DNA of 64,000 nucleotides from NCBI GenBank assembly GCA_050950285.1, contig JBMNHG010000008.1, forward strand, positions 372,001-436,000, written 5' to 3'. This stretch comes from Kiritimatiellia bacterium. Its GTDB lineage: Bacteria > Verrucomicrobiota > Kiritimatiellia > RFP12 > JBMNHG01. Both the position numbers and the translations under genes were made by a program. The notes below the pieces were generated by a model, which was not told the origin of the DNA, ran no database searches, and was given only the letters and a program-made list of their open reading frames with translations. This document shows positions 46,862 through 56,235 of the stretch, in pieces; position 1 is the first letter of the stretch, and the number at the start of each line of letters is the position of its first letter.

Positions 46862-49680
46862 CCTCCGACATCGTCATCACCAACGCCCGGGTCCACAACC
46901 TCCAGGGCGTCGACGTGCGCATCCCCCGCAACTCCCTCACCGTCGTCACCGGCCTCTCCGGATCCGGAAAATCCTCCCTCGCCTTCGACACCCTCTACGC
47001 CGAGGGCCAGCGCCGGTACGTCGAATCCCTCTCCGCCTACGCCCGCCAGTTCCTCGGGCAGATGGCCAAGCCCGACGTCGAACGCATCGAGGGCCTCTCC
47101 CCCGCCATCGCCATCGAGCAGAAGACCACCTCGAACAACCCCCGCTCGATCGTCGCCACCTCCACCGAAATCCACGACTACCTCCGCCTCCTCTACGGAC
47201 ACGTCGCCCGCCCCCATTGCCCGCAGTGCGGACGCCCCGTCGTGCGACAGAGCGCCGAGGAGATCGTCAACGCCCTCCTCGCCCTCCCCCCGGAAAGCCG
47301 CCTCACCCTCTTCGCCCCCGTCGTCCGCCGCCGCAAGGGCGCGCAGCAGGACAAGCTCGACGAAATCCGCAAGGCCGGCTTCGCCCGCATCCGCCTCGAC
47401 GGACAGCTCTACGACATCGACGCCGTCCCCCCCATCGACAAGAAGCGCAACCACGACCTCGATGTCGTCGTCGACCGCGTCGTCGTCCGCCCCGACGCCC
47501 GCTCCCGCCTCGCCGACTCCGTCGAAACCGCCCTCAAGCGCGGCGACGGCCTCCTCTCCGTCCTCCGCCGGCCCCCGCCCGGCGCCGGCCCCGAAGCCGC
47601 CCCCGCCGAACGCCTCTTCTCCGAACGCAACGCCTGCCCCGACTGCGGCCTCTCCTTCGAAGAGCTCAAGCCCCGCAACTTCTCCTTCAACAACCCCCAC
47701 GGCGCATGCCCCGAATGCTCCGGACTCGGCGTGCGGCTCGTCTTCGACGAAGACCTCTGCGTCCCCGACAAGTCCAAGCCCGTCCGCGAGGCCGTCAAGG
47801 CCTGGCGCGTCTACGGCATGCGCGGAAACACCTACTACAAGTACCTCCTCGAAGAGGTCTGCTCCCAGTTCCGCATCGACCCCGACACCCCCTGGCAGGA
47901 CCTCCCCGACGCCCAGCGCGACCTCCTCCTCCACGGCTCCGGCGACCGCCTCCTCCGCCTCGACTGGCGCAGCGTCGACCGCCCCTTCGAAGGCATCCTC
48001 CCCGGCCTCCTCCGCAAGTACGAGGAGTCCGGGTCCGACGAAGCCCGCGACCGCCTCGCCCCCTTCCTCGCCCCCGTCCCCTGCCCCGCATGCCGCGGCG
48101 CGCGCCTCCGCCCCGAATCCCGCGCCGCAACCGTCGCCGGCATGTCCATCGTCGACCTCCTCGCCCTCCCCGTCCACGAAGCCTGCGCCTTCTTCGACGC
48201 CCTCCCCGACCGCCTCGAACCCCAGGAGCGGCGGCTCGCCGCCGACGTTGTCCGCGAAATCCGCAAGCGCCTCCGCTTCCTCGCCGAAGTCGGCCTCGGC
48301 TACATCGCCCTCGACCGCGAAAGCTCCACCCTCTCCGGCGGCGAAATGCAGCGCATCCGCCTCGCCACCCAGATCGGCTCCGGCCTCGTCGGCGTCCTCT
48401 ACGTCCTCGACGAACCCACCGTCGGCCTCCACCCCCGCGACAACGCCCTCCTCATCCGGATGCTCCGCCGCCTCCAGGAAAGCGGGAACACCGTCGTCGT
48501 CGTCGAACACGACGCCGACATGATCCGAGCCGCCGACTACGTCGTCGACCTCGGCCCCGGCGCCGGAAGCCAGGGCGGCCGCATCGTCTACCAGGGCCCC
48601 GCCCGCGACCTCCCCGCCTGCGCCGGATCCCTCACCGCCCGCTACCTCTCCGGCGAGGCCGCCTTCCCCGCCCCCGTGCGCCGCAAACCCTCCCGCGAAC
48701 GCCTCGTCGTCCGCGGCGCCGCCGCCAACAACCTCCGCCACATCGACGTCTCCATCCCCCTCGGATGCTTCGTCTGCGTCACCGGCGTCTCCGGATCCGG
48801 AAAATCCTCCCTCGTCGACGACATCCTCCGCAAGCACCTCAAGCAGGTCTACCACCGCGCCCGCGAAAAACCCGGACCCTTCGACTCCATCTCCGGCCTC
48901 GAATACCTCGACAAGGTCGTCGAGATCGACCAGTCCCCCATCGGCCGCACCCCCCGATCGAACCCCGCCACCTACACCGACGCCTTCACCCTCGTCCGGA
49001 AGCTCTTCGCGCAGACCCCCGCCGCCAAACTCCGGGGCTACGGCCCCGGACGCTTCAGCTTCAACGTCAAGGGCGGGCGCTGCGAAGCCTGCAAGGGCGA
49101 TGGCTCCATCTGCACCGAAATGCACTTCCTCCCCGACGTCTACGTCACCTGCGAGCAGTGCGGCGGCCGCCGATACAACCGGGAGACCCTCCAGGTGACC
49201 TACGCCGGGAAGTCCATCGCCGACGTCCTCGACATGCCCATCGACGAAGCCGCCGCCCTCTTCCGCGCCGTCCCCCCCCTCGCCGCCAAGCTCGACACCC
49301 TCGTCGAGGTCGGCCTCGGATACGTCCGGCTCGGCCAGTCCTCCACCACCCTCTCCGGCGGCGAGGCCCAGCGCGTCAAACTCGCCGCCGAACTCGCCCG
49401 CCGCTCCACCGGACGCACCCTCTACCTCCTCGACGAACCCACCACCGGACTCCACTTCGCCGACGTCCACCGCCTCCTCGACCTCCTCTTCCGCCTCCGC
49501 GACGCCGGCAACACCATCCTCATGGTCGAACACAACCTCGACGTCATCCGCTGCGCCGACTACATCATCGACCTCGGCCCCGAAGGCGGCGTCGGCGGCG
49601 GCCGCGTCGTCGCCGCCGGAACCCCCGAGGAAATCGCCGCCTGCCCCGCATCCCACACCGGAAAATTCCTGCGATCGTGA
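46858..49680 (+). CDS. uvrA: Excinuclease ABC subunit A
   Basis: TGLSGSGKSSLAFDTLYAEGQRRYVES, second Walker A TGVSGSGKSS, FSFNVKGGRCEAC, LSGGEAQRVKLA. Confidence 0.98.
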   Translation: MTSDIVITNARVHNLQGVDVRIPRNSLTVVTGLSGSGKSSLAFDTLYAEGQRRYVESLSAYARQFLGQMAKPDVERIEGLSPAIAIEQKTTSNNPRSIVATSTEIHDYLRLLYGHVARPHCPQCGRPVVRQSAEEIVNALLALPPESRLTLFAPVVRRRKGAQQDKLDEIRKAGFARIRLDGQLYDIDAVPPIDKKRNHDLDVVVDRVVVRPDARSRLADSVETALKRGDGLLSVLRRPPPGAGPEAAPAERLFSERNACPDCGLSFEELKPRNFSFNNPHGACPECSGLGVRLVFDEDLCVPDKSKPVREAVKAWRVYGMRGNTYYKYLLEEVCSQFRIDPDTPWQDLPDAQRDLLLHGSGDRLLRLDWRSVDRPFEGILPGLLRKYEESGSDEARDRLAPFLAPVPCPACRGARLRPESRAATVAGMSIVDLLALPVHEACAFFDALPDRLEPQERRLAADVVREIRKRLRFLAEVGLGYIALDRESSTLSGGEMQRIRLATQIGSGLVGVLYVLDEPTVGLHPRDNALLIRMLRRLQESGNTVVVVEHDADMIRAADYVVDLGPGAGSQGGRIVYQGPARDLPACAGSLTARYLSGEAAFPAPVRRKPSRERLVVRGAAANNLRHIDVSIPLGCFVCVTGVSGSGKSSLVDDILRKHLKQVYHRAREKPGPFDSISGLEYLDKVVEIDQSPIGRTPRSNPATYTDAFTLVRKLFAQTPAAKLRGYGPGRFSFNVKGGRCEACKGDGSICTEMHFLPDVYVTCEQCGGRRYNRETLQVTYAGKSIADVLDMPIDEAAALFRAVPPLAAKLDTLVEVGLGYVRLGQSSTTLSGGEAQRVKLAAELARRSTGRTLYLLDEPTTGLHFADVHRLLDLLFRLRDAGNTILMVEHNLDVIRCADYIIDLGPEGGVGGGRVVAAGTPEEIAACPASHTGKFLRS

Positions 49681-49685
49681 AACCC

Positions 49686-50035
49686 CTCGTCTCTTGTCTC
49701 CCGCCCTCTCCCGTCTCCCGTCTCTTGTCTCTCGCCCTCCCTTCCCCGCCGGCGCTCCGCGCCGGCACGTGACCCGATTGACCCGATTGACGCGGCCCAC
49801 GCCCCACCCTCCTCCTCCCTGGGGACCGCCGTCCCCGGCGGGCCGCCGGCACGTGACCCGATTGACCCGATTGACGCCCGCCCACGCCCCACCCTCCCCC
49901 TCCCTGGGGACCGCCGTCCCCGGCGGGCCGCCGGCATGTGACCCGATTGACCCGATTGACGCCCGCCCACGCCCCACCCTCCCCCTCCCTGGGGACCGCC
50001 GTCCCCGGCGGGCTCGTCTCTCGCCCTCCCCCCCC
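49686..50035 (+). repeat. Composite intergenic repeat: three tandem 85-bp units (9-mer array plus hairpin 25-mer) with flanking 7-mers
   Basis: Hairpins at 49819, 49904, 49989. Confidence 0.9.
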
Positions 50036-50185
50036 AAAAAAATTTCTCTTTTCCCCTTGACGGCTGGCGCGGGAAGGGTGTACCCTTACGGCGACTCTCG
50101 GGAAAGGTCTGCCCGCACGTGCGGGCGGGCTCGTCCGGGAATCCCCAACCCGCGCCGCAAGGCGCATGAAACCAAGGAAACAACC

Positions 50186-50975
50186 ATGAAGAAACTGATG
50201 ATCGCATCCGCCGCCGTGGTCGCGTGCGCCATGCTCGCCCGTTCGGCCGAGGTGGTCTCCGGCAACATCGTCGGATACCACACCGTCGACCTCGCCTCCA
50301 GCGCCGCCGGCACCTACAACATGATCGGCATCAACTGGAACAAGGTGGGCGGCACCGCCCTCCCCATCAACGAGATCTGGGCCGACCCCGCCGGCGCGGG
50401 ACTCTTCGGCAGCGCGGACTTTCGCACGGCCGACCAGATTCTCGTCTGGACCGGCAACGGCTACACCGTCTACTACCTGTACGACACCGGCGCCGGCGAT
50501 CCGGAGTGGGACAACAAGTGGTACGAAGTCGGCAACGACGACTACCCCACCACACACACGATCGGCCCCCGGCACCGGCGTGTGGCTCCTCAGCCACGGC
50601 TCCGCGAACCGGACCGTCACCCTCCAGGGCGAGGTCCCGGTGGACCCCGCCGGCCAGGCCATCGCCAGCGGCTACAACATGCTCGCCAACGTCTACCCGG
50701 CGGACATCGCCCTCAACGGCCTCGACTGGGGCGCGCAGGGCGCCTTCGGTAGCGCGGACTTTCGCACGGCCGACCAGATTCTCGTCTGGACGGGCAACGG
50801 CTACACCGTCTACTACCTGTACGACACCGGCTCGGGCGATCCGGACTGGGACAACAAGTGGTACGAAGTGGGCAACGACGACTACCCCACCACCGACTCC
50901 ATCCCCGCCGGCTCGGGCTTCTGGTACCTCGGCCACGGCAGCTGGACGCTGACCCTCCCCAACCCCGCCGAATAA
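50186..50975 (+). pseudogene. Secreted protein with SGNIVGY motif and internal tandem domain duplication, split by +1 frameshift at C-run 50566-50570 (probably sequencing error)
   Basis: AAGGA RBS and signal peptide; duplicated FGSADFRTADQILVWTGNGYTVYYLYDTG..DP.WDNKWYEVGNDDYPTT with copies 340 bp apart (339+1). Confidence 0.8.
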
Positions 50976-51116
50976 GGCGGGCCCCTGCGGGGGGCGCCCG
51001 CGCGGCGCGCCCCCGCACCCCCCATTTCTGAACCCCTCTCCCCGCAGGATGCGGAAGCGCGTCGCGCGGGGCTGAACCCAACCCAACCAAGAAACCAACC
51101 AAGGAAAACAACGATC

Positions 51117-51680
51117 ATGAAGAAACTCCTGATGGCCGTTGCGGCGATCCTCGTCGCGGCCGGCATGCAGGCGGCCACCCTCTCCTGGGGGTCCGGGACC
51201 GTCGCGTTCTACACGGACGAGGCCCAGACGCAAACCCTCCAGGGTGCGCTCGTGCAGCTCATCGTCCTCAGCGAAGGCAACGAGATCGTCGCCGATACCG
51301 CCTATACCAAGGCTCCCGCGATGGGCTCCGCGGGCGGCACCTTCTCCGCCACGTGGACGGGCGACGAAGGCTACCTGGTGGCCGACTACCCGGTGGGCAC
51401 GCAGTTCTTCTACCGCCTGTACGAAGGCCCCACGGCGACCGGCGGCTACATGGACCTGTACGCCAACGGCCCGAACGCCGAGTCCCCGACCTACTTCGCC
51501 ACCACGGCGGTGACGGATATCGAGGCGCAGAGCAGTTACGGGCTCTCGAACCCGGCCAATGCGCCCGAAGCCTACGCCGGGAACAAGGTCACCTTCAAGC
51601 CCGTACCGGAGCCCGCCACCGGCGCCCTGCTTGGCATCGCCGCGGTGGCCCTGGCCCTCCGCAAGCGCTTCCAGAAGTAA
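51117..51680 (+). CDS. PEP-CTERM sorting-domain protein
   Basis: Signal peptide; C-terminal VPEPATGALLGIAAVALALRKRFQK. Confidence 0.93.
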   Translation: MKKLLMAVAAILVAAGMQAATLSWGSGTVAFYTDEAQTQTLQGALVQLIVLSEGNEIVADTAYTKAPAMGSAGGTFSATWTGDEGYLVADYPVGTQFFYRLYEGPTATGGYMDLYANGPNAESPTYFATTAVTDIEAQSSYGLSNPANAPEAYAGNKVTFKPVPEPATGALLGIAAVALALRKRFQK

Positions 51681-51706
51681 GCCCATACGCTTCGCTTTTG
51701 AAAGCC

Positions 51707-51743
51707 AAAGGCTCTCCGGCCCTCCGCCGGGGAGCCTTTTTTT
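51707..51743 (+). terminator. Intrinsic terminator
   Basis: aaaggctctccggc / gccggggagccttt stem followed by T run. Confidence 0.85.
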
Positions 51744-51751
51744 GTGCCGCG

Positions 51752-51927
51752 CCTGGGACCGCCGCTCCCTGGGGACCGCCGTCCCCGGCGGGCTGCGCCG
51801 GCACGTGACCCGATTGACCCGATTGACCCGATTGACGCCGACCCCCGCCCGCCCGCCCCCTCCCTGGGGACCGCCGTCCCCGGCGGGCTCGTGTCTCCCG
51901 TCTCTCGTCTCTTGCCCTCCCCCCCTC
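51752..51927 (+). repeat. Composite intergenic repeat: two hairpin 25-mers, a 9-mer array, 7-mers
   Basis: Hairpins at 51769 and 51864; GATTGACCC array about 51806-51836. Confidence 0.9.
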
Positions 51928-51940
51928 CTCCTCCGCCGCC

Positions 51941-53824
51941 TCACTCGCCCAGGGCGGTCCGGTAGAGCTCTTCGAGCTTCCCGAGGGTTGCCGGGGAGAG
52001 TTCCACGAGGGTGTTGTCCTGCCCGCGGAGGAGTGCGGCGCGTCCGCCGTCCTCGGTGGGGGGGCCGATGGCGAGGGTCTTCCGGAGGGCGTTGGCGGCT
52101 TCGAGGTCGAGCGAGATTTCCATCCAGGGCGCGGCGGAGGGGTCGGGGCGGTGGTCGAGGGCGATGACGCGCGCGGCCTCGAGGGTGGCGAGGGTTCGGA
52201 GGGGGGCTTCGAGGGCGGCGGCGGCGACGGGGGTGTCGCGGTGGGTGGTCCATCCGGCCCCGGTGCGTTCGAGGGTGGCGGGGGCGCCGTCGGCGCGGCG
52301 GAAGGCGATGCGCCGGATGGTTGCGGGGTCGAGGGCCAGGAGGGTGCGGGAGCGGAGCGGGGCGAGGTCCACGGGGGCGCGGAGGACGGCGGGGAGGTTG
52401 GTCATCGGCACGATGTAGCGGGCGGGGGAGTTGGTGAAGGCGAGGATGGCCAGGCTCACGTGCGGCGTCGCGGCGGGGGCGGGCGTGGCGGCGCCGGGGG
52501 GCGGATGGATGGAGGTGACGGCGTCCACGTGGAGGAGCGAGGGGGTTCCGGCCATGCGGAGCTCCACCTCGCAGAGGCGGTTGGTGGCGAGGGCGGGCGC
52601 GGCGGGCGGGATGCCGCCGTTCGCGGCGGGCCGCTTTTGCGCCGTGCCGCCGGCGGCGGGGAGGTCGGCCTCGACCCGGTGGGCGCGGAGGCGGAGGATG
52701 GCGTCGAGCAGGCCCTGGACGCGGGCGGGGTCGGCCGGGCCGTGCGAGGGGAAGACCATCTCCCAGGCGGGCGCGCCGTTCGCGGCGGCGGGCGCATCGA
52801 GGCGCTGGAGCAGGAAGGACTGCGCGGGGTGGCGCACGGCGATGGAGGTGACGGCGTCCGGCGGGGCGGTGAAGAGCGCGGGGTCGTAGAGCGAGGCGAG
52901 GGGGACCGAGGCCAGTTCGAGGAGGGCGTTGGTGACGATGGCGGCCTGCCCGCCCGGGAAGCCGGCGTAGACGTGTCCGGGGGGGTGCGAGGCGGGCTTC
53001 CCGAAGGTGCGGGAGAGGGTCTGGCCGGAGGCGGTGCGGAACTCGACGGCGGGGGTGCTGCCGTCCTCGGACAGGCCGTAGGGGTCCGGGGCGGCGGGGT
53101 CGAGCGGGGGGAGGAAGGTGGTGACGCGGGTGGAGGCGAAGGCTTCGAGGAGGGCGTTGACGGCGGCGGGGTCGGCCCGCATGGGGACGGGCGAGGTGAT
53201 GCGCCAGGTGGCGCCGGAGCGCTGGATGCGCACGAAGGGCTGGCCGGGGCGGCGGAGGGCGATCGAATCGATCGAGTCGGCGGGGATGCGGAAGAAGGAG
53301 GTATCGAGCCAATCGAGGGGCGAGGAGGGGAGGAGGGCGAAGAGGTTCGTCGAGGTGACGAAGACGTCGGTGGAGGCGGTGAGGCGCGTGAAGAGGCGGT
53401 TTTCGAGGGGGGAGTCGCTTCCGAAGAGGAGTTCGGCGCAGAGGGATCCGGCTTCGAGGCGGACGCCGGCGCGCGGGGCATCGAGGCCGAAGCGCGCGAG
53501 GGGGAGGTTGCGCTTGGCCTGGTCGCGGGCGGGGATGGTCTCGAAGAGGGGTGCGGCCTCGAGGGCGTCGAGGAGGCGCTGGACGGCGGTGGCGTCGGCC
53601 GGCTGCGAGCGCCGGCTGGTATGCCACCCGGACGACGTCTTCTCGACCTCGCAGCTCCAGCCGTCGCGGGCGACGGCGATGCGGTTCACGGCGTCGAAGG
53701 GGAGGTGCAGCAGGCGGTTCGCCCGCCCCGTGCGCGGCGCCGGCCGATTCCGCAGCACCGGGAACAGCAGCGCCGCGACCACGACGGCCGCAAGCAAAAT
53801 GAACGTGGAGGCAAGATGGCGCAT
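51941..53824 (-). CDS. DUF4340-like domain protein
   Basis: N-terminal TM, repeated W....P...AD...V..LL..L and (F/Y)GL motifs; follows GldG-like gene. Confidence 0.75.
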   Translation of the reverse strand: MRHLASTFILLAAVVVAALLFPVLRNRPAPRTGRANRLLHLPFDAVNRIAVARDGWSCEVEKTSSGWHTSRRSQPADATAVQRLLDALEAAPLFETIPARDQAKRNLPLARFGLDAPRAGVRLEAGSLCAELLFGSDSPLENRLFTRLTASTDVFVTSTNLFALLPSSPLDWLDTSFFRIPADSIDSIALRRPGQPFVRIQRSGATWRITSPVPMRADPAAVNALLEAFASTRVTTFLPPLDPAAPDPYGLSEDGSTPAVEFRTASGQTLSRTFGKPASHPPGHVYAGFPGGQAAIVTNALLELASVPLASLYDPALFTAPPDAVTSIAVRHPAQSFLLQRLDAPAAANGAPAWEMVFPSHGPADPARVQGLLDAILRLRAHRVEADLPAAGGTAQKRPAANGGIPPAAPALATNRLCEVELRMAGTPSLLHVDAVTSIHPPPGAATPAPAATPHVSLAILAFTNSPARYIVPMTNLPAVLRAPVDLAPLRSRTLLALDPATIRRIAFRRADGAPATLERTGAGWTTHRDTPVAAAALEAPLRTLATLEAARVIALDHRPDPSAAPWMEISLDLEAANALRKTLAIGPPTEDGGRAALLRGQDNTLVELSPATLGKLEELYRTALGE

Positions 53825-53858
53825 TCGGAGGATGGGGTTGGTTGTGGGTGGTGGTCGA

Positions 53859-53941
53859 GTCCGACAGGTCCGACGAGTCCGACAAGTCCGACAGGTCCGA
53901 CAAGTCCCTTGTGTCAATCGGGTCCCTTGTGTCCCTTGTCC
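53859..53941 (-). repeat. Mixed GAC-phased 9-mer array
   Basis: GTC on + strand at exact 9-bp intervals 53859-53931, mixing TCGGAC, ATTGAC and AGGGAC units. Confidence 0.88.
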
Positions 53942-55444
53942 AGCGGCGTGGGCGCCACCTTGCGGTTGCGTCGCGCGAGGGTGGCGGCGCCCAGGAGGAG
54001 GATGGCGCCGGGGAATCCCGCGACGGAGAGCGCGACGAACAGCGCCTTGCGGCGTCGCGCGAGGGGCGGGCGCTGGAGGTTGGCGGGCGGGGCGAAGGCG
54101 TCGGCGGCGGGGTTGGAGGCGAGCCAGTCGAGGGCGGAGAGGAGGAGGGTGCGGTTGCCGTTGCGGCCGCGCCCGAGCATGGCGTTCGAGCCCAGGTGGG
54201 GGTCGGCCGCGACGGCGATGCGGGGGGGATGGAAGGCGAGGTCGACGGCGTTGGTGCCGCGTTCGGCGGCGACGAAGAGGGCGAGGCCGTTGCGCGCGGG
54301 GGCGTCGGGGCGGGGGGAGGTGTCGTCGCGGCGGAGGGAGGCGGGGGAGCCGACGATGGCGGTGGCGCGGAAGCTCGAGTAGCGGTCCTCGGGGCGGGGG
54401 TCGGCGCGGGGGGCGCCGGGCGCGGGCGGGGGGACGGTGGAGAGGACGCCGGGGGAGGAGAAGACGACGGTGGAGCGGTGGAGGTTGCGGGTGATGGGGT
54501 GCTCGGCGAAGCGGTCGGCCACGACGTCGGCGCCGGTGAGGGTCTGGGGGGAGAGGGCGACGTAGGGGAGGATGGAGACGCCGAAGCGCGCGAGGAGGGG
54601 TTCGAGGCCGGTGAGGGCGTCGCGCCGCGCGAGGAGGAGGAGGCTTCCGCCGCGGAGGACGTAGTCGGAGACGAGCGCGGCTTCGCCGGGGGAGAGGGTG
54701 TCGCGGGGGCCTGCGGCGACGAGGACGTCGCAGTCGGCCGGGACGCCCGACGCGGAGAGCGGGGGGAGGATGCGGAGGTCGTAGCCCTGGCGGCGGATTT
54801 CGCGGGCGAAGGAGGAGTAGCCGGCGAGGGGGGTCGTAGTCGGCGAAGTCGCGCTCGCCGTGGCCGGAGAGGGCGTAGGCGACGGGGGTTCGGGCGGAGG
54901 CGAGGCGCGCGAGGGCGGCGGCGCAGACGGCCTCGCCGCGGAAGGCGACGGGGCGCGGCGCGCCGTTTCCGGGGGTGTCGGCGTAGTCGAAGAGGTCGTC
55001 GGCGGGGATGGCGAGGCGCTGTCCCCGGGATTCGAAGAGGAGGGCGTTGACGCGGGTCTCGAAGGTGTCGAGGAGGTCGGCGGCGGCGGAGACGTCGCGG
55101 TAGGGGTCGAGGTGGCGGACGTGGAGGTGCGGGGAGGCCTTGCGCAGGCGCCGGAGGAGCTGCCGGACGGGCGCGGAGGCGGGGTGGCCGCGCTCGATGA
55201 CGGCGGTGAGGGAGACGGGGGTGTCGAGGAGGGCGAGCTGGTGGAGGGTGGCGTCGTCCGGGGCGTTGGCGGCGAAGGGGAGGGTGTAGGAGGCCTCGAG
55301 GCGCAGGGCGAGGGCTCCGAGGAGCACGGCGAGGGCGATGGCGAGGCCGCCGGCGACGGCGGCATGGAGGCGCGCGCCGAAGACGCGGCGGGTGCGCCGG
55401 CGGATGGCGCGGCGGGCGTCGCGCGAGGGGCGGGTCAGCGGCAT
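53914..55444 (-). pseudogene. GldG-like ABC auxiliary protein, split by frameshift at G6 run 54828-54833 (probably sequencing error)
   Basis: FRGE, YALSGHGE, then VPADCDVLVAAGP, YVLRGGSLL, HPIT, GNRTLLLSALDWL; removing one base gives DYDPLAGY. Confidence 0.78.
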
Positions 55445-56235
55445 CGTTCGTCCTCCAGGAGGCGCGTGGCGAGGAAGAGCATGCAGGCGGTGGCGGCGAG
55501 GGCGGCGAGGAAGGGTCCGGGGAGGAAGTTCCCGAGGGCGGCCTCGGCGATCCAGGAGACGGGCCCGGAGACGGCGGCGCGGGCCTTGGCTTCGGGGAAG
55601 AAGAGGAGGGCGGTGGCGCCGGCGGCCCCGGCGGCGCCGAGGGCGAGGAGCATCCCGCCGGCCGCGGCGGCGGGGCGGCGCGCCGCGACGGAGCAGAGGG
55701 TGCCGAAGGCGGTGAAGGGGAGGGCGTGGATGGCCAGGAAGAGCGCCGCGCCCGCGAGGGCGGCGGGATCGAGGGGGAGGGGGCCTTCGCCGGGGCGGGC
55801 GAAGGCGGAGGCGAGGGTCCGGAGGGCTTCGGCCGGGGGGAGGCCCGACGGCGTCGCGGCGAGGGCGTGGAGGAGGAAGAGGGGGAAGGAGGCGAGGGCG
55901 AGGGAGAGCCAGACGAGGTGGACGGCGGCGCGGTATTTGCCGAAGACGAGGCTGCGCTCGCCCACGGGCGTGGCGAGGAGGAGGGGGAGGGTGCCGTCGC
56001 GGCGTTCGCCGGCGAAGAGGCGCATGGTGGCCAGGGCGGCGGTGAAGGGGGTGCAGAGGGCGGCCGCGTAGCACCAGATCTGTTCCACGCGCAGGAAGTG
56101 GCCTTCGGCGGAACCCAGGCCCAGATGGAAGAAGAGCGCGGTGGCGCACAGCGTGCCGGCAACCACGCACCAGCCCATCGAAGAGTGGCGGAAGACCGCC
56201 GCCTCGCGCGCCGTGATCGCGGAGCGGGCGCTCAT
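55435..56235 (-). CDS. GldF-like ABC-2 permease
   Basis: TMRLFAGERRDGTLPLLLATPV..LVFGKY; multiple TMs. Confidence 0.85.
   Translation of the reverse strand: MSARSAITAREAAVFRHSSMGWCVVAGTLCATALFFHLGLGSAEGHFLRVEQIWCYAAALCTPFTAALATMRLFAGERRDGTLPLLLATPVGERSLVFGKYRAAVHLVWLSLALASFPLFLLHALAATPSGLPPAEALRTLASAFARPGEGPLPLDPAALAGAALFLAIHALPFTAFGTLCSVAARRPAAAAGGMLLALGAAGAAGATALLFFPEAKARAAVSGPVSWIAEAALGNFLPGPFLAALAATACMLFLATRLLEDERCR

Noticed and set aside
49770..50013. Regularly spaced 25-bp hairpin repeats as a CRISPR array
   Set aside because: Intervening sequences are near-identical rather than unique spacers, and no cas genes are present.
50087..50170. GC hairpins in the leader of the secreted-protein gene as a riboswitch
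   Set aside because: No recognisable conserved aptamer motif; an Rfam search would be needed.
50404..50893. 150-bp near-identical pair as a DGR template/variable repeat
   Set aside because: Differences are not adenine-specific, both copies are coding within one gene, and no reverse transcriptase is in the window.
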